Assembly (NCBI GenBank): GCA_951406725.2
Contig: OX597821.1
Coordinates: 107,880,001-107,944,000, forward strand
DNA from: Octopus vulgaris
Lineage: Eukaryota
Length of the DNA stretch: 64,000 nucleotides
Direction: 5' to 3'
Positions within the stretch are counted from its first letter, which is position 1; every line of letters begins with the position of its first letter. The notes beneath the pieces are model-generated. The model saw only the letters and a list, made by a program, of their open reading frames with translations, ran no database searches and had not been told where the DNA came from. The position numbers were made by a program, and so were the translations under genes. Of the stretch, positions 42,584-56,221 are shown piece by piece.

Positions 42584-42656
42584 TGTGTGTATGTGTGTGT
42601 TTTGCTTGTGTGCGTTGTGTTTGTATGTATATTTATATGTATAAGTATATATAATT

Positions 42657-42775
<119 letters not shown>

Positions 42776-42861
42776 TACGTGTTTGAGAGTGCGCTTGCAC
42801 TATAATTACATAAAGAACACACACAGCCACACACGCACGTAAATATATATATATGTATATA

Positions 42862-42945
<84 letters not shown>

Positions 42946-43665
42946 CATATGTATGTATATATGTATGGGTAGCTTTCAAGGTAATGATGGAGAGAGACTG
43001 AAAAATATGCTGAGAGGGAGGGAGATTGGAAGCGTCTATTCTGATCATTATCTGGCTGTGCATTTTCGACGACAAGAATAGATTGCTATCATTATTCGTG
43101 ATTATAATAAGCGGTTACCAATGCATACATAGTTAAGTAATATGTTTATTCTCAGATACTCATACAAAGAATTATAGATACGCATACATATATACGTACA
43201 TACATACATACATACATATATACATACATACATACATACATACATACATACATACATGTATACATATATATATATACATACATACTTAGGCACAGCTGTG
43301 TGATAAGAAGCTTACTTTCCAACCACATGGTTCCGGTTTCAGTCCCACTGCATGGCATCTTGGACAAGTTTCGTCTGTTATAACCTGGGGCCGACCAGAG
43401 CCTTGTGAGTGAATCTGGGAGATGGAAAATGTCTGTTGGTGTTTAGACATCTCTGTAACATAGCAGTTTAACAAATAGAGAGCGACGGATAAGTATCGGG
43501 CTTTACAAAATAAGTACCATGTTAATTTTATTCCACAAAAACTCCTCAAATAGGTACATCAGCATGGTTGCAGTCTAATGACCGAATTAATAAAAAAAAG
43601 GTTTGCGTATGGGCGTGTGTGTCTCAGTGCATGTGCGCGTATGTATGTATGTGTGTTTATATATA

Positions 43666-44826
43666 TCTTTATATAAATAAAACTGAGAATGTGCGTGTGT
43701 GTGTCTGTCTGTGTGTTTCCCTAAAACTTGAGAACTACACAACCAATTTCATTCAAATTTTACACATGCCTTACTTAGGGTCCGGCGAGTGTCATCGGCA
43801 TCTTTAACTTTTTGCCTAGGGCGAGCCCACAGCAATATCATATCTTCTCCACTACGATTCCCTAAAACTTGAGAACTACACAACCAATTTCATTCAAATT
43901 TTACACATGCCTTACTTTGGGTCCATGTAATTTCATGGGCAACAGAAATGTTCAACTTCTTGCCTAGAGCGAGCCCATAGCAATATCATATCTTCTCCAC
44001 TATTTCAGTATTACGTGTTAAAAGTGAAACAAAAACATTTCTCTATTTTATGTCAGATACTTTCACTTTATCAATAAAAATAATAATAACAATTGAATTA
44101 TATGTAGTAAGTAATAATTAAAATCAAACTAAAGTATAATATAATCGTAGCATAACAAAAGTAAAAATAGCAATTAGTATAAAATTGCATCAATGACTTG
44201 AACTTGAATAAGGGATTTCACATGAATGGGAATAAATTAAAAATTAGCGTGCAGAAATGGAATAGTCCAGATGGATAATAAAAAATTAAATTAAAGAAAA
44301 GACTATTGTCTATAAAGTATACAATGTAGAGAAAAAAGAAGATTTGAACACATGGAGGAAAGCACCTTCGAAAAGTGTCTTGGTGCGACTATGAAAGATA
44401 TCTTATCAGAGGCGGTAAATTCGCCACAATAGAAGCAAGGTTCGAGTCAACGGAGTACTCGACTCGAACTTGCAAAATGGAAATATCTTATTTTTACCTT
44501 TATATCTGGGACGTAGGGCGTCCCGGATAAAAATTTAAAATGCCCCCCCCCCCCAATTAGGGGTAGGCTGGATTGTAGCTACACTTCTATACAAGTGGGA
44601 GGACAAGATACAATTGATCGAAATTACAAGAGACGGGCTAACAATTCCAGTCTGTTTTATATTTTGAAGTATTGTTATCACTAGCGATATCAAGATGTAA
44701 CTTTGTATTTTGTATTTTATGTGTAGATGTATATATATAGATGTACATGTAATATGTACACATATATATACACATATATACATGCACTAGCATTATGACT
44801 CCACAACGACGGGTCTTTAATGCTAG
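43666..44826 (+). mobile_element. Helitron-like non-autonomous element with an internal tandem duplication of about 141 bp (43718-44000)
   Basis: 5' end TCTTTATATAAATAAAACTG after A, duplicated CCCTAAAACTTGAGAACTACAC...TCTCCACTA, 3' end GACGGGTCTTTAATGCTAG before T. Pairing of the two ends is inferred. Confidence 0.5.
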
Positions 44827-44988
44827 TATATATATAAAATAAGAAAGAGTGAAAAACTACAAAAGGCTTGTGTTATAAGGTTAAAGGATATATATAAGTC
44901 ATTATTTTAGAAACATTTTATAAAATTTTGTGTATAGTAAAAACTATGTTACTATACACAAAATTCTGTATGGCATATATATATGTAT

Positions 44989-45060
44989 GCTGGCCAGATT
45001 GGAGCAATCTCAAGAATGATCAGCCGAAATTGCGAGGATAATCTGGTGCTTGACTGAGGA
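44989..45060 (+). ncRNA. Permuted or pseudoknotted hammerhead-like motif, family C copy 1 (5'-truncated)
   Basis: GCAA-TC-TCAAG ... TCAGCC-GAAA-TTGC ... CTTGA-CTGAGGA, with extra helix CCAGATT/AATCTGG. Confidence 0.6.
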
Positions 45061-45175
45061 TAGAGGGCTTCGAATGACCCGTCCTTGTTTTGTTTGTACC
45101 GTCTATGTGGATGTTTTGTTGTCTCTTTTTGTATCACCTAGCTGTCCGGTTGTTTTGCGTTCTTGTCCCATTTTG

Positions 45176-45218
<43 letters not shown>

Positions 45219-45295
45219 GTTAAGCCAAACATGAACAAAGAGAAAGCACAACGCGAGGACGTGGAACAAGTATAGGAAAGGAAAGAAAGAAGGCG

Positions 45296-45331
45296 GATAT
45301 AGCGTTTCGATCGGAGCTCTTCGTCAGAAAC
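45296..45331 (-). ncRNA. Degenerate minimal hammerhead, family B
   Basis: GTTT-CTGACGA-A-GAGC(TCC)GATC-GAAAC-GCT-ATAT. The cleavage triplet is mutated. Confidence 0.5.
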
Positions 45332-45397
45332 ATAGAAAAAGGAAAGGTCCAAGGAAGGGAAGACGGAGAAAGAAAATCGCCAGCGATACACACGCGA

Positions 45398-45448
<51 letters not shown>

Positions 45449-45449
<1 letters not shown>

Positions 45450-45636
45450 GAAGGAATACAAAAAATGGGACAAGAAAGCAAAACATGCAGACAGAGGATA
45501 CAAAAGAGGGACAAGAACAAATGAAGACGGATCATTCGGTGTTTTCTATCTGTCCGGATGTTTTGTTGTCCCTTTTTTGTATCATCTAACTGTTTGGATG
45601 TTTTGCGTTCTTGTCCCATTTTTTTTGTATTCCTTT
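45449..45636. repeat. Fold-back of two family C 3' tails
   Basis: AAGGAATACAAAAAATGGGACAAGAA.GCAAAACAT.CA pairs with TGGATGTTTTGCGTTCTTGTCCCATTTTTTTTGTATTCCTT. Confidence 0.8.
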
Positions 45637-45972
45637 TTATATAGATATGGCGGCGTACGTACCCTTTGGTCTCACATTTTTCTGTTTTCGTGCATATATG
45701 TGTATTGTTGTGTTGTAGATGTACGTAAGGCTTTTCAGTACGACTCTCTTGTATATGTTTCTGTCATAATTCTTAGTAAGCCCACGTTGCCTGTCTTGGT
45801 TTCAACATTGTTTTTTGTGACTCGATGTGTGTAAATTCTTGCAACGAATGTCCGCATGCAAATAAACTAGTTCCGTGTGTGTGTGTGTGTGTGGTTGTAA
45901 TTGTTTCACAACCAAAAGCACTTAGCGTTTGCTTGTGTATTAGTGATTGTTGTGTATGCGTTGACCTGTCCA

Positions 45973-46220
45973 AGGAAGCAATTGGCTTAGTGGTGAGAGT
46001 GTCAGCATCATAATCGCAAGATTGTGGTTTCGATTCCTGGACCGGGCGACGCATTGTGTTCTTGAGCAAAGCACTTCATTTTCCGTTGCTCCAGTTCACT
46101 CAGCTGACAAAAAATGAGTGACGCTGCGATGGACTGGCGTCCCGTCCAGCTAGGGAACAAATACGCCATAGAAACCGGGAAACCAGGCCCAGGAGCCTAG
46201 CTTAGCTTTAAAAGGGCGCA
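45973..46220 (+). mobile_element. tRNA-derived SINE (S3-type head, tail shared with 55785-55925)
   Basis: A box TGGCTTAGTGG, B box GTTTCGATTCC, and GATGGAC.GGCGTCCCGTCCAG...ACCGGGAAACC. Confidence 0.8.
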
Positions 46221-46224
46221 TTTA

Positions 46225-46311
<87 letters not shown>

Positions 46312-46688
46312 CATACATATATTCTGAAGCATTTGATTCTTGCGATGATAATGTAAAAGTCCACACAGGTAGTACAGAAGGTGCAAGCTCAAGTAGTAAG
46401 CCACATTCTTATACTTTTTTGGGTCGTTATTTGTTATTTTTCTCTTAATGCCATGCAATAAATCATCTTTTCTGTGGTTTAAAATTGAAAACATTATCAA
46501 TAATGGTATTCCATTATCTACTGTACGTAGATAAAGTTTCAACAAATCACAACACAGTCATTTGAAAAGCAAGCAAATATATATATATATATGCCTGTTG
46601 ACAGTTACTGCAATTTCCAGTCGTGTGTTCCCTTCAATAAACACACACACATACACATTCTGTCACTTTCTCTCTCTCTCTCTCTCTG

Positions 46689-46733
<45 letters not shown>

Positions 46734-46734
46734 C

Positions 46735-46933
46735 TTTCCCTCTCTGCATCTTCTTTCAACCACACTATATACTCCTAGCACTAAACAACTATTTCTCTCT
46801 CTCTCCCATCTCCCTCTCCCTCTCCCCCTCTCTCTCCCTCTCTTCCTCTCTCTCCCTCTCTCTCTGTCTCTCTCCCTATCTCTCTGTCTCTCTCTATCTC
46901 TCTGTCTCTCTCCCTCTCCTTACTCGTGCCTCC

Positions 46934-46966
<33 letters not shown>

Positions 46967-47196
46967 GCCTTCTGTCTCATTTTCTCTCTCTGTATCTCCT
47001 TTCAACCACACTATATACTCCTAGCGCTAAACAACTATTTCTCTCTGTATCTCCCTCTCTCACTCCCCTCCATCTCTCCCTTTCTCTTCCTCCCTCCCTC
47101 TCTACCCCCTCTCTCTCTTTCTCGCCTTCTGTCTCATTTTCTCTCTCTGCATCTCCCTTCAACCATATTACAGACTCCTAGCGCTAAATACCTATT

Positions 47197-47200
<4 letters not shown>
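46735..47200. repeat. Three copies of a roughly 55-bp unique motif spaced by (CT)n
   Basis: TTCAACCA.A.TA.A.ACTCCTAGC.CTAAA.A.CTATT occurs three times. Confidence 0.85.
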
Positions 47201-47241
<41 letters not shown>

Positions 47242-48012
47242 GTCTCTACCTACCTACCTACCTACCTCTTCAGTCAGCAAACTCTTTAACCGCATAACAT
47301 AATAGCCATCTCTTTCTCCTTGCTCGCACCGCTAACACTCTTCTCTCCCCTTTTCTTTTCACCTTTCTCTTCAACTAACCACTTGACAACGTCAAACCTT
47401 TAGCCTCAGCCTTTTAATATATAAATATCAAATAAATAAATAAATAAATGTCTAAGTCTAATGCCAGCCTCTTGATAAAGTAAGGATATTAATCGATTAG
47501 TTATTAGTCGTACCGAAGTACCTTATCGATTTTCTTTTTGTTTTTGACTTATTTCGTTTGTTTTAAAAATAACTTGTGTGATCGTATGTGTGCGTCATCA
47601 TGTGTATGTATGCGTGTATGTAAACGTTTATATGCGTACATGTGTGTATATTCAGGCAAGTACGTGTGTATATGTATGCGTGCACATGTGGACATGCGCA
47701 CGTGTATGTTATTGAATTGGAATGCATTTGTGTTTGCGGATGTGTGTGTGTTCGCGTGTATGTATGTATGTATGTATGTATGTATGTATGTATGTATGTA
47801 TGTATGTATGTATGTATGTATGTACCTATATGTATGTGTTTATATATATTTAAGTATTTATGTGTGTGTGTGTGTGTGTGTGTGTTTACGCCACGTGTGT
47901 TTCAGTATGTATGTGTGTATAGTTGCGTATGTATGCGTGTATTTGTATGTATGCGAATGCGTATCTTCTATCGAATGTGAAGCGCTATTTGCGTGTCTAC
48001 GTACCTGTGTGT

Positions 48013-48093
<81 letters not shown>

Positions 48094-48213
48094 GAAAAAC
48101 AGGAAGCTGCCATTCTTTAGAAAAACACGCAGGTGTGTTCTCCGCGGAACGACCGCGTGGAAGTCATTAAAGGATCTGATTTCGAAACCTTACCCCAACC
48201 ATTGGCTCACTCA

Positions 48214-48255
<42 letters not shown>

Positions 48256-49062
48256 AGAGAGAGGGGGGAGAATGTGTGTGTATGCATGCATACATGTGTG
48301 TGCGTATGAAAGCGTGTATGTGCGTGTATGAAGGTGATCGTGCGCGTGCGAGTATGTATTTGAGAGCACGTGTGTGTGAGTGTGTGTATGTGTGCATAAG
48401 AGAGAGAGAGGGAGCATGTGTGTATGTGTCTCTGTACGTGTATATATGTGTGCATGCACGTGTTTGTACGAGTGTGTGTGTGTGAGAGAGAGAGTGAGTG
48501 TTTGTGTGTACGTGTGTAAGCGATTGTGTGAGCGCCTGTGCGTGAGTGCATGTGTGTTTGCAAGTGTGTGTGTGTGTGTGAAAGAGAAAGGAAAGTGTGT
48601 GCATATGTGTGCGTATGTGTGCGTGTGTGCGTGGATGTGTATGTACGCGCGTATGCGTATGTGAGCCTATGTGTGTATGTGTATATATATTTGTGTAAGC
48701 ATGAGTGTATGCGCGCGTGTGTATATGTACATATATGCATATGTATGGACATATATACGTATGTGTGTATATATGTGTACGTATGGACGTGCGTGTTGCG
48801 TATGTTAGTGCATGCTTATACACGTGTATGTGACCGTACGCACGCATTCATGCGTATCTGCGTGTATGTGTGTGTGTGCGCCAGTGTGAATGTATCTGTG
48901 TATGTGTATATGTAAAGTGCATCTATGTATCTTTGTGTATGTCTATGTGTACATTTGTGTGTACGTATAACTGAATGTGTGTGTTTATGTGTTTATGTAT
49001 GCATATGTATATCTATCTATCTACCTGTCTGTCTGTACATACATACATACATAAATATATAG

Positions 49063-49094
<32 letters not shown>

Positions 49095-49125
49095 GTTTGT
49101 GTGTATATATATATACATATAAACT

Positions 49126-49210
<85 letters not shown>

Positions 49211-49214
<4 letters not shown>

Positions 49215-49266
49215 GTTGATTGCTCGAAATGGGGAGTAGATAGACAACCGACAACCGACGAAGGCT
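49211..49266 (+). ncRNA. Permuted hammerhead-like motif, family D (5'-truncated, degenerate)
   Basis: TGTCG ... GCTC-GAAA-TGGGG ... CGACAA-CCGACGA-AGGC. The downstream tail ending GTCCTGTAC.CA is shared with 62945-63078 (-). Confidence 0.4.
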
Positions 49267-49469
49267 CATTTTTTGTATTACTTGTCCTTTCTTTACTCTC
49301 GTTATTTGCGTATTTAACTAATTTGTTTTCGTATTTCATGTTGTTTACTGCTGGTGATGTCCTGTACCCATATATGCATATATATATATATATATATATG
49401 CCCCGCATCCATTTCCAAGTACATAAATATATATATATATATACACCACCTGGAAAAGTCTTTTAGTTA

Positions 49470-49700
49470 ATTATTTAGGGACACCATAGACCACTCAAAC
49501 AGAAAGTTGTTATTGGTTGAGACGTATCCAGGTGTAGGTGGTTTACTCGGTATTTCCTGGAGGAATTTGTCCAGGTACTGTTCTTTTGGGATAACATTGA
49601 AAAGAGCAAGACCATTTGCAATGAAGAAATGTTCGTATATAATGCGATCTCGACCTTTGTAGGAGAAGCATTGCATGGGGACCTAGTCTTGGGTGAATTG
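49470..49700 (-). mobile_element. CR1/L2-type LINE ORF2 C-terminal relic
   Basis: GLALFNVIPKE..YLDKFLQEIPSKPPTPGY shows the same motif pattern as 852-1130. Confidence 0.6.
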
Positions 49701-50100
49701 TAAACCGATATCATTTGGATAATATTGGTGGAATATGTTTCACATACTGCAAATAATGTATCGCTTACAGCGGCGTTGCAAAGAATATATGCATATATAC
49801 TAGCCATATTCAGTTGGCTAATATCCCTTATATTATGGAGAAGTCACTGTCTATATCTCATTTAGAGAATTATTATTGCTATATATTTTCTATTTTATTA
49901 AAGCTAATTGAGTTTATCCGGAGTTGCCCCCCTTCCGTATTTCTCATTGATAACGGCGAAAGAGCTAGAAACGTGTTGGAGACTCCGATAGGAGTCAGCA
50001 CTGGACAGATATTGTGTTTTTAAGGATAAGAGTCATGCTACGGTCATGCTACATCATATATATTTATATAGAAGAAAACGAGAAGAGAGAGAGAGCGAGC

Positions 50101-50132
<32 letters not shown>

Positions 50133-50219
50133 GAGAATAACTGCTATAATATACATCAGAAGATATGGGATATAAGTTAATATCAGAGAGCGCGAGATAG
50201 ATAGATAGATAGATGGATG

Positions 50220-50319
<100 letters not shown>

Positions 50320-50882
50320 TATAGATATATAGGGAGATGGATAGATAGTAAATGAAATTTAGGGATTTGTTTCTCTTTCGGGCGTTATGAAGAATTGGGT
50401 AATATTTGTGGAGGTGGAGGTGGTGAACTTGTACTGCGATCAGCTGGGATAAGATAGATGACGGGTGTTTGCGGAGACTTTAAGGGTGGGACGTCTGGTG
50501 ACAACAATAGGTACCTCTTCTCTTTTACAAACGCCACGATTCATTTCCTCTTCCCCTCCTCCTCCTCCTCCTCCTCCTCATCATCATCATCATCATCCTC
50601 TTCGCTTCCACTTCCTCCTTTTTCTTTGCCGCCACCACCACCACCACCACGACTACTTGATGATCATCATCGTCATCATCGTCATCATCATCACCATCAC
50701 AATCACTTGCTCCTCTTTTATTTCCTTCCTTCGTTTTTTTTTTTTTTTAATTCTTTATGGTAGTTTCTGAACACTGCATGCAAAAATAGGCAAGAGAATG
50801 TGAGAAAGAAAGAAAGGAAGGAAGAAGGAATGAAAGAAAGAAAGAAAGAAAGAAAGAAGGAATGAAAGAAAGACAGAAAGCG

Positions 50883-50920
<38 letters not shown>

Positions 50921-51753
50921 GAAACGAATCAGTAAGAAAGAAAGAAAGAATGGAAAGAAGGAAGGAAGGAAGGAAGGAGGAAGGAAAGTAAGAAAGGAAT
51001 AAGTAACAAAGAAAGAAAGAAAGAAAGAAAGAAGGAAAGGAGGAAGAAAAGAGAGAAAGATAGAAAGAAGGTGAGGGGGAAGATAAGACAGAAAGAATGA
51101 AAACGAAACAATACGAATCAAAGAATGAAAGAATGAAAGAAAGAGAAAGAAAGAAGGTAAGAAACGAATGAGTAAGAAAGAAAAAAGAAAATAGAAAGAA
51201 AGAGAGAATGAATGAATGAATGAATGAAAGAAAGAAAGAAAAAGAGAAAGAAGGAAAGAAGGCAAACGCGTGCATGACCGACTGCAGCAGATATCGACCG
51301 AAACGCGAACGAACGTTGAACCGGTGGCGTCACGGACTCTACTTAACGTACGTTTCAATACTTCTGAATGCTTGCCTGGTCGGCTGCAACACGTGTCGGG
51401 CCAAATGGCTGTGTAAATAAATCATCGAAGGAGTACAATGAGAAGGTAAAATGCGGACAAACTATGGACACGTGTCTCGGGGTCCCAGCCATGACCGTCA
51501 CTAGTTCTTACTGCCACTATTAGGTACCAACAGTACTAAACAATACTATCACCACCACCACCACCACCACCACCACTACCACCATACCACTGCCACCGCC
51601 ATCGTCACTCTGACACTCAAACGCCAATAACAACGGCAACAACATTACCTACCGTCATTGGCAGCACGCCATACTTCAACCACTCTGCAGCTGTGAACTC
51701 CTATGTCGCTACTATCAAGACACATCACGCTTTAATACAAAAGCCGTACTACA

Positions 51754-51754
<1 letters not shown>

Positions 51755-51815
<61 letters not shown>

Positions 51816-52331
51816 TACTACTATATCTACTACTACTACAACTTCTACTACTATTACTACTACTACTAATACTACTATATCTACTACAGCTTACGAATAT
51901 TACAACTAGTACTAATATTAATAATAAACCACCACCACCACCACCATTACTACTACTACTACTATATCTACTACTACTACTACTATATTTACTACTACTA
52001 CTACTACTACTACTATTACTACAACAAGTACTACTACTACTACTACTACTATTACTACAACAAGTACTACTACTACTACTACTACTACTAATACTACTGC
52101 TTACGAATATTACAACTACTACTAATATTAATAATAAACCACCACCATCACCATTACTACTACTACTACTACTATCACTACCACCACCGCCACCACCACC
52201 ACCAGTTCTACTACTATTACAGCTACTCTAACTACTTCTGCTACTAATACTACTACTACCACCACCGCTACTACTAACGACTACTACAACTACTACTACT
52301 AATAACATTAATAATAATAAGCCACCATAAT

Positions 52332-52397
<66 letters not shown>

Positions 52398-52400
52398 AGC
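51755..52400. repeat. (ACT/ACC)n array with internal block duplications
   Basis: GCTTACGAATATTACAACTA.TACTAATATTAATAATAAACCACC occurs twice. Confidence 0.9.
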
Positions 52401-52994
52401 TGCTACTGTTGCTGCTACTGCTGCTGCTGTTGCAACTACAATGGTCTATAATTAACGAGGCTAACAACATTATATGCGCCCCGCCACGACCACCACCACA
52501 TTGCCAGCGCCACAACCCCCATCTCCATTACCATCATCATCATTGTCAACAGCAGCGCATTAATACAACGACCAACTGCAGCACCAGCTGTGAACCCCTC
52601 CCCCCCTCTTCCACTCCCTTACCACCTTGCCCTGCCCCTCCGCCTATGCCTCCATCGCCACCACGTCAGACCCTAACTCTAACCTTACCCCCCCCCAACC
52701 CACATCTCTCCAACCGTGCCCCTCGCTTACACCCCTACCTCCCCATGCAGCCCCCTATTGTCTTTTCTTCTCCAACCCTCATCAAAACAAATATTAATCC
52801 ACGTGTTGACTCTGTAGCTGACCACAGCCAGGTGTGAAGACAAATAGCTGTCAGGGGCCGAACCCTTCAGGAAGAATAATAGCAGCAGCAGTAGCAGCAG
52901 CAGCAGCAGTAGTAGCGGTGATGATGGTGGTGGCTGTGGAGGCGGTGGTGGTGGGGGTGGGGGGATACAGGTGATGATGGTGATAGTGGCGGTG

Positions 52995-53026
<32 letters not shown>

Positions 53027-53320
53027 GACAGTGGTGATGATGATGGCGGTGGTGGGGGGGATACTGGTGATGATGGTGATAGTGGTGGTGACAGTGATGA
53101 TGATGGTGATAGTAGTGGGGATACTGGGGATAATGATGATGGTGATGGTGGTGATGGTGGTGGTGGCGAGGCTGATATGTTTGCGTTCCCGTGACTGAGT
53201 AGTTCGGTAAAAGCCACAAATAGAATAAGTACTAGGCTTAATAAAAAAAAAAATCGTGAGGTCCAAGACGGTGCCCCAGCATGATGGTAGCAGCCTAATG
53301 AATGAAACAAGTAAAAGTTA

Positions 53321-53693
53321 AGGCGCAGGAGTGGCTGTGTGGTAAGTAGCTTGCTAACCAACCACACGGTTGCGGGTTCAGTCCCACTGCGTGGCATCTT
53401 GGGCAAGTGTCTTCTGCTATAGCCCCGGGCCGACCAATGCCTCGTGAGTGGATTTGGTAGACGGAAACTGAAAGAAGCCTGTCGTATATATGTATATATA
53501 TGTATATCTGTGTGTGTTTGTGTGTCTGTGTTTGTCCCCCTAGCATTGCTTGACAACCGATGCTGGTGTGTTTAGGTCCCCGTCACTTAGCGGTTCGGCA
53601 AAAAGAGACCGATAGAATAAGTACTAAAAGGTGGTGCTCCAGCATGGCCGCAGTCAAATGACTGAAACAAGTAAAAAAGAGAGAGTAAAAGAG
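53321..53693 (+). mobile_element. SINE S1, reference copy (tRNA-like head, internal microsatellite, LINE-like tail)
   Basis: GGCGCAGGAGTGGCTGTGTGGTAAG...GGGTTCAGTCCC...GGTGCTCCAGCATGGCCGCAGTCAAATGACTGAAACAAG. Confidence 0.9.
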
Positions 53694-53797
53694 TATATAA
53701 CGGGAAGCTTTATGAAAATAGACAAAAGACGAAGGCAGGTGGAAAACAAACGAACAATTGTATTAGTATGGCGCTCAGGAAATATAAATAAAACAAG

Positions 53798-53835
53798 TCT
53801 TTAACGTTTCGAGCCTACGCTCTTCAACAGAAAGA
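53798..53835 (-). ncRNA. Minimal hammerhead, family A (core CUGUUGA, GUU site)
   Basis: TCTTT-CTGTTGA-A-GAGC(GTAG)GCTC-GAAAC-GTT-AAAGA with perfect stems. Confidence 0.7.
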
Positions 53836-54000
53836 TACACAGAGAGAAAAAAAAACACAGAAAGAAGGAGAGAAAAAAAATGCGTGCAGTAGCTAACGAA
53901 TCAACATGGCGATCTGATTTCGGCCAGAGGTCAAAGATCAAACATGAGACGCGAGAGCGAAATAAGGGGAGATAATAGGGTTGATATATACTTATTAAGA

Positions 54001-54420
54001 GTAGCTGTGTGGTAAGACGCTTGCTTCCCAACCACATGGATCCAAGTTCAGTCCCACTGCGTGGCACCTTGGGCAAGTGTCTTCTGCTGTAGCCCCGGGC
54101 CAACCAAAGCCTTGTGAGTGGATTTGGTTGAAGCAAACCGAAAGAAGCTAGTCGTATGTATGTGCGTGTGTATGTGTGTTTGTGTGTGTGTGTGTGTATG
54201 TATGTATTTGTGTGTGTCTGTGTTTGTCCCTCCCAACATCGCTTGACAACCGATATTAGTGTGTTTACGTCCCTGTAACCTAGCTGTTCTGTATAAGTGG
54301 CCGATAGAAGAAGTAACAGGCTTACAAAGAATAAGTCCTGAGGTAGTTGTGTTCGACTAAGGGCGGTGCTCCAGCATGGCCACAGTGAAATGACTGAAAC
54401 AAGTAAAAGAATAAAAGAAT
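54001..54420 (+). mobile_element. SINE S1 (another at 54809-55098)
   Basis: Similarity to the other S1 copies. Confidence 0.85.
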
Positions 54421-54444
54421 ACACACACGCACACGTACAAACTT

Positions 54445-54508
<64 letters not shown>

Positions 54509-54517
54509 GAGAGAGAG

Positions 54518-54586
<69 letters not shown>

Positions 54587-54670
54587 TAGTTAATCTAGAC
54601 ATGAAAACACAACAACGCGAGGACGTGGAACAAATATAGTATTATTGGACGCTCAGGAAAGAAAGGGAGG

Positions 54671-54705
54671 GTTTAACGTCTCGAGCGGAGCTCTTCGTCA
54701 GAAAC
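54671..54705 (-). ncRNA. Minimal hammerhead, family B (one core substitution)
   Basis: GTTT-CTGACGA-A-GAGC(TCC)GCTC-GAGAC-GTT-AAAC. Confidence 0.6.
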
Positions 54706-54774
54706 ATAGGAAAAGGAAAGATCCAGAGAAGGGAACACGGAGAAAAAAAATTCGCCACCGGTCCACACGCGGTC

Positions 54775-54808
<34 letters not shown>

Positions 54809-55098
54809 CCACTGCGTGGCACCTTGGCAAGTGTTTTCTTTTTTAGCCTCGGGCTGACAAAATGTTTCTGAGTGGATTTGGTAGACAGAAACTGAACGAA
54901 GCTGTGTTTGTCCCACCAACGTCATTTGACAACCGGTCAGATGCTGGTGTATTTATGTCCCCGCAACTTAGCGGTTCGGCAAAATAGACCGATAGAATAA
55001 GCACTAGGCTTACAAAGAATAAATCCTGGGGTCGATTGGCTCGACTAAAGGCTATGCTCCAGCATGGCCACAGTCAAATAACTCAAGCGGTTAAAGAG

Positions 55099-55157
<59 letters not shown>

Positions 55158-56221
55158 ATACACGGAATAGAGACACACATATGTATATACCTCCAGCACA
55201 AATAGGTACGTTTATGTGTATGTGCGTGGATGGGTGCGCGTTCGTGTGCGTGGATGGGTGCACGCCCGTGTGCGCACGCACGTGCTTGTGCATCTCTGTA
55301 CTATGAGTGTATGAGTGTGTGTGTGAGTGTTCAATGACCAAAGCCAAATAACCGAATTATACCCACACAAGGTAGCAATCAATCAATATTCCAGGTAATA
55401 ATACAGGTAACTAACACCGTTTGCACAAACCTGCTGTAACAGTCATTAGGGTGCGATCGGGGTGGGTAGAGGAGAAACGAGTCCTTTGAAGTAAGGAACG
55501 CAATGAACAGAACGGGTGAAACGAGGGGAAAGGGGTGGAATGGTTTGTATTGCTTTTCCGCAGATTGACCGCAGCTCTGTGTACAAGAAAATCACCTGGA
55601 CAAACGTACTTGAGAAGAATGGTGGAGTGAAAAACATGAATATGGCGGGGACAGAGATGGGAAAGAAGAGAGATAAATAAAACAATGAAATTAACGTAAA
55701 ACAATATTTAAAAATAATAAAATGTTTTTTAAAATACATGAATACATATGCTGAAGGTAATGGCGAAACTTCTGATGATTTATTTCGCTACAACTTTCTC
55801 TCACTCTTTCCTCCTGCATCTTGCAGCTCACCTGTGATGGACCGGCGTCCCGTCCAGGTGGAGAACCTATACGCCAAGAACCGGGAAACCGGCCCTTATG
55901 AGTCAGGAATGGCTCAAGAAGGAACAAACAAAAAACATACATACATATATATTCGAGGCGGGTGCTGTAAGTTCCTGGCTTTATGTGTGTCGCGAAAAGC
56001 CTGGCTGGAGGCCCAACCTTTTGAGCTTTTTCTTGTGTTTTTGAAAGGGTTTCGGAAAAATGGAGTGCTGCAATAAATATGTGAATCTGAGAAGGGAATG
56101 TGTTTTCGCAAATAGATGAAGATTTGTTTGAATGACTTTTGTCAATGTTATTTTTTACTTTTGACATTTGGTAGCCGTCACTTCTAGCTTACTTTAGAGA
56201 CAAATTGCGCGAGATTTTGTT

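Noticed and set aside
46735-47200. Repeat-spacer pattern suggestive of CRISPR
   Set aside because: The spacers are (CT)n of variable length, the context is eukaryotic, and no cas genes are present.
53321-53395. tRNA-like A and B boxes here and in other SINE heads
   Set aside because: They are continuous with SINE bodies and give no intact cloverleaf.
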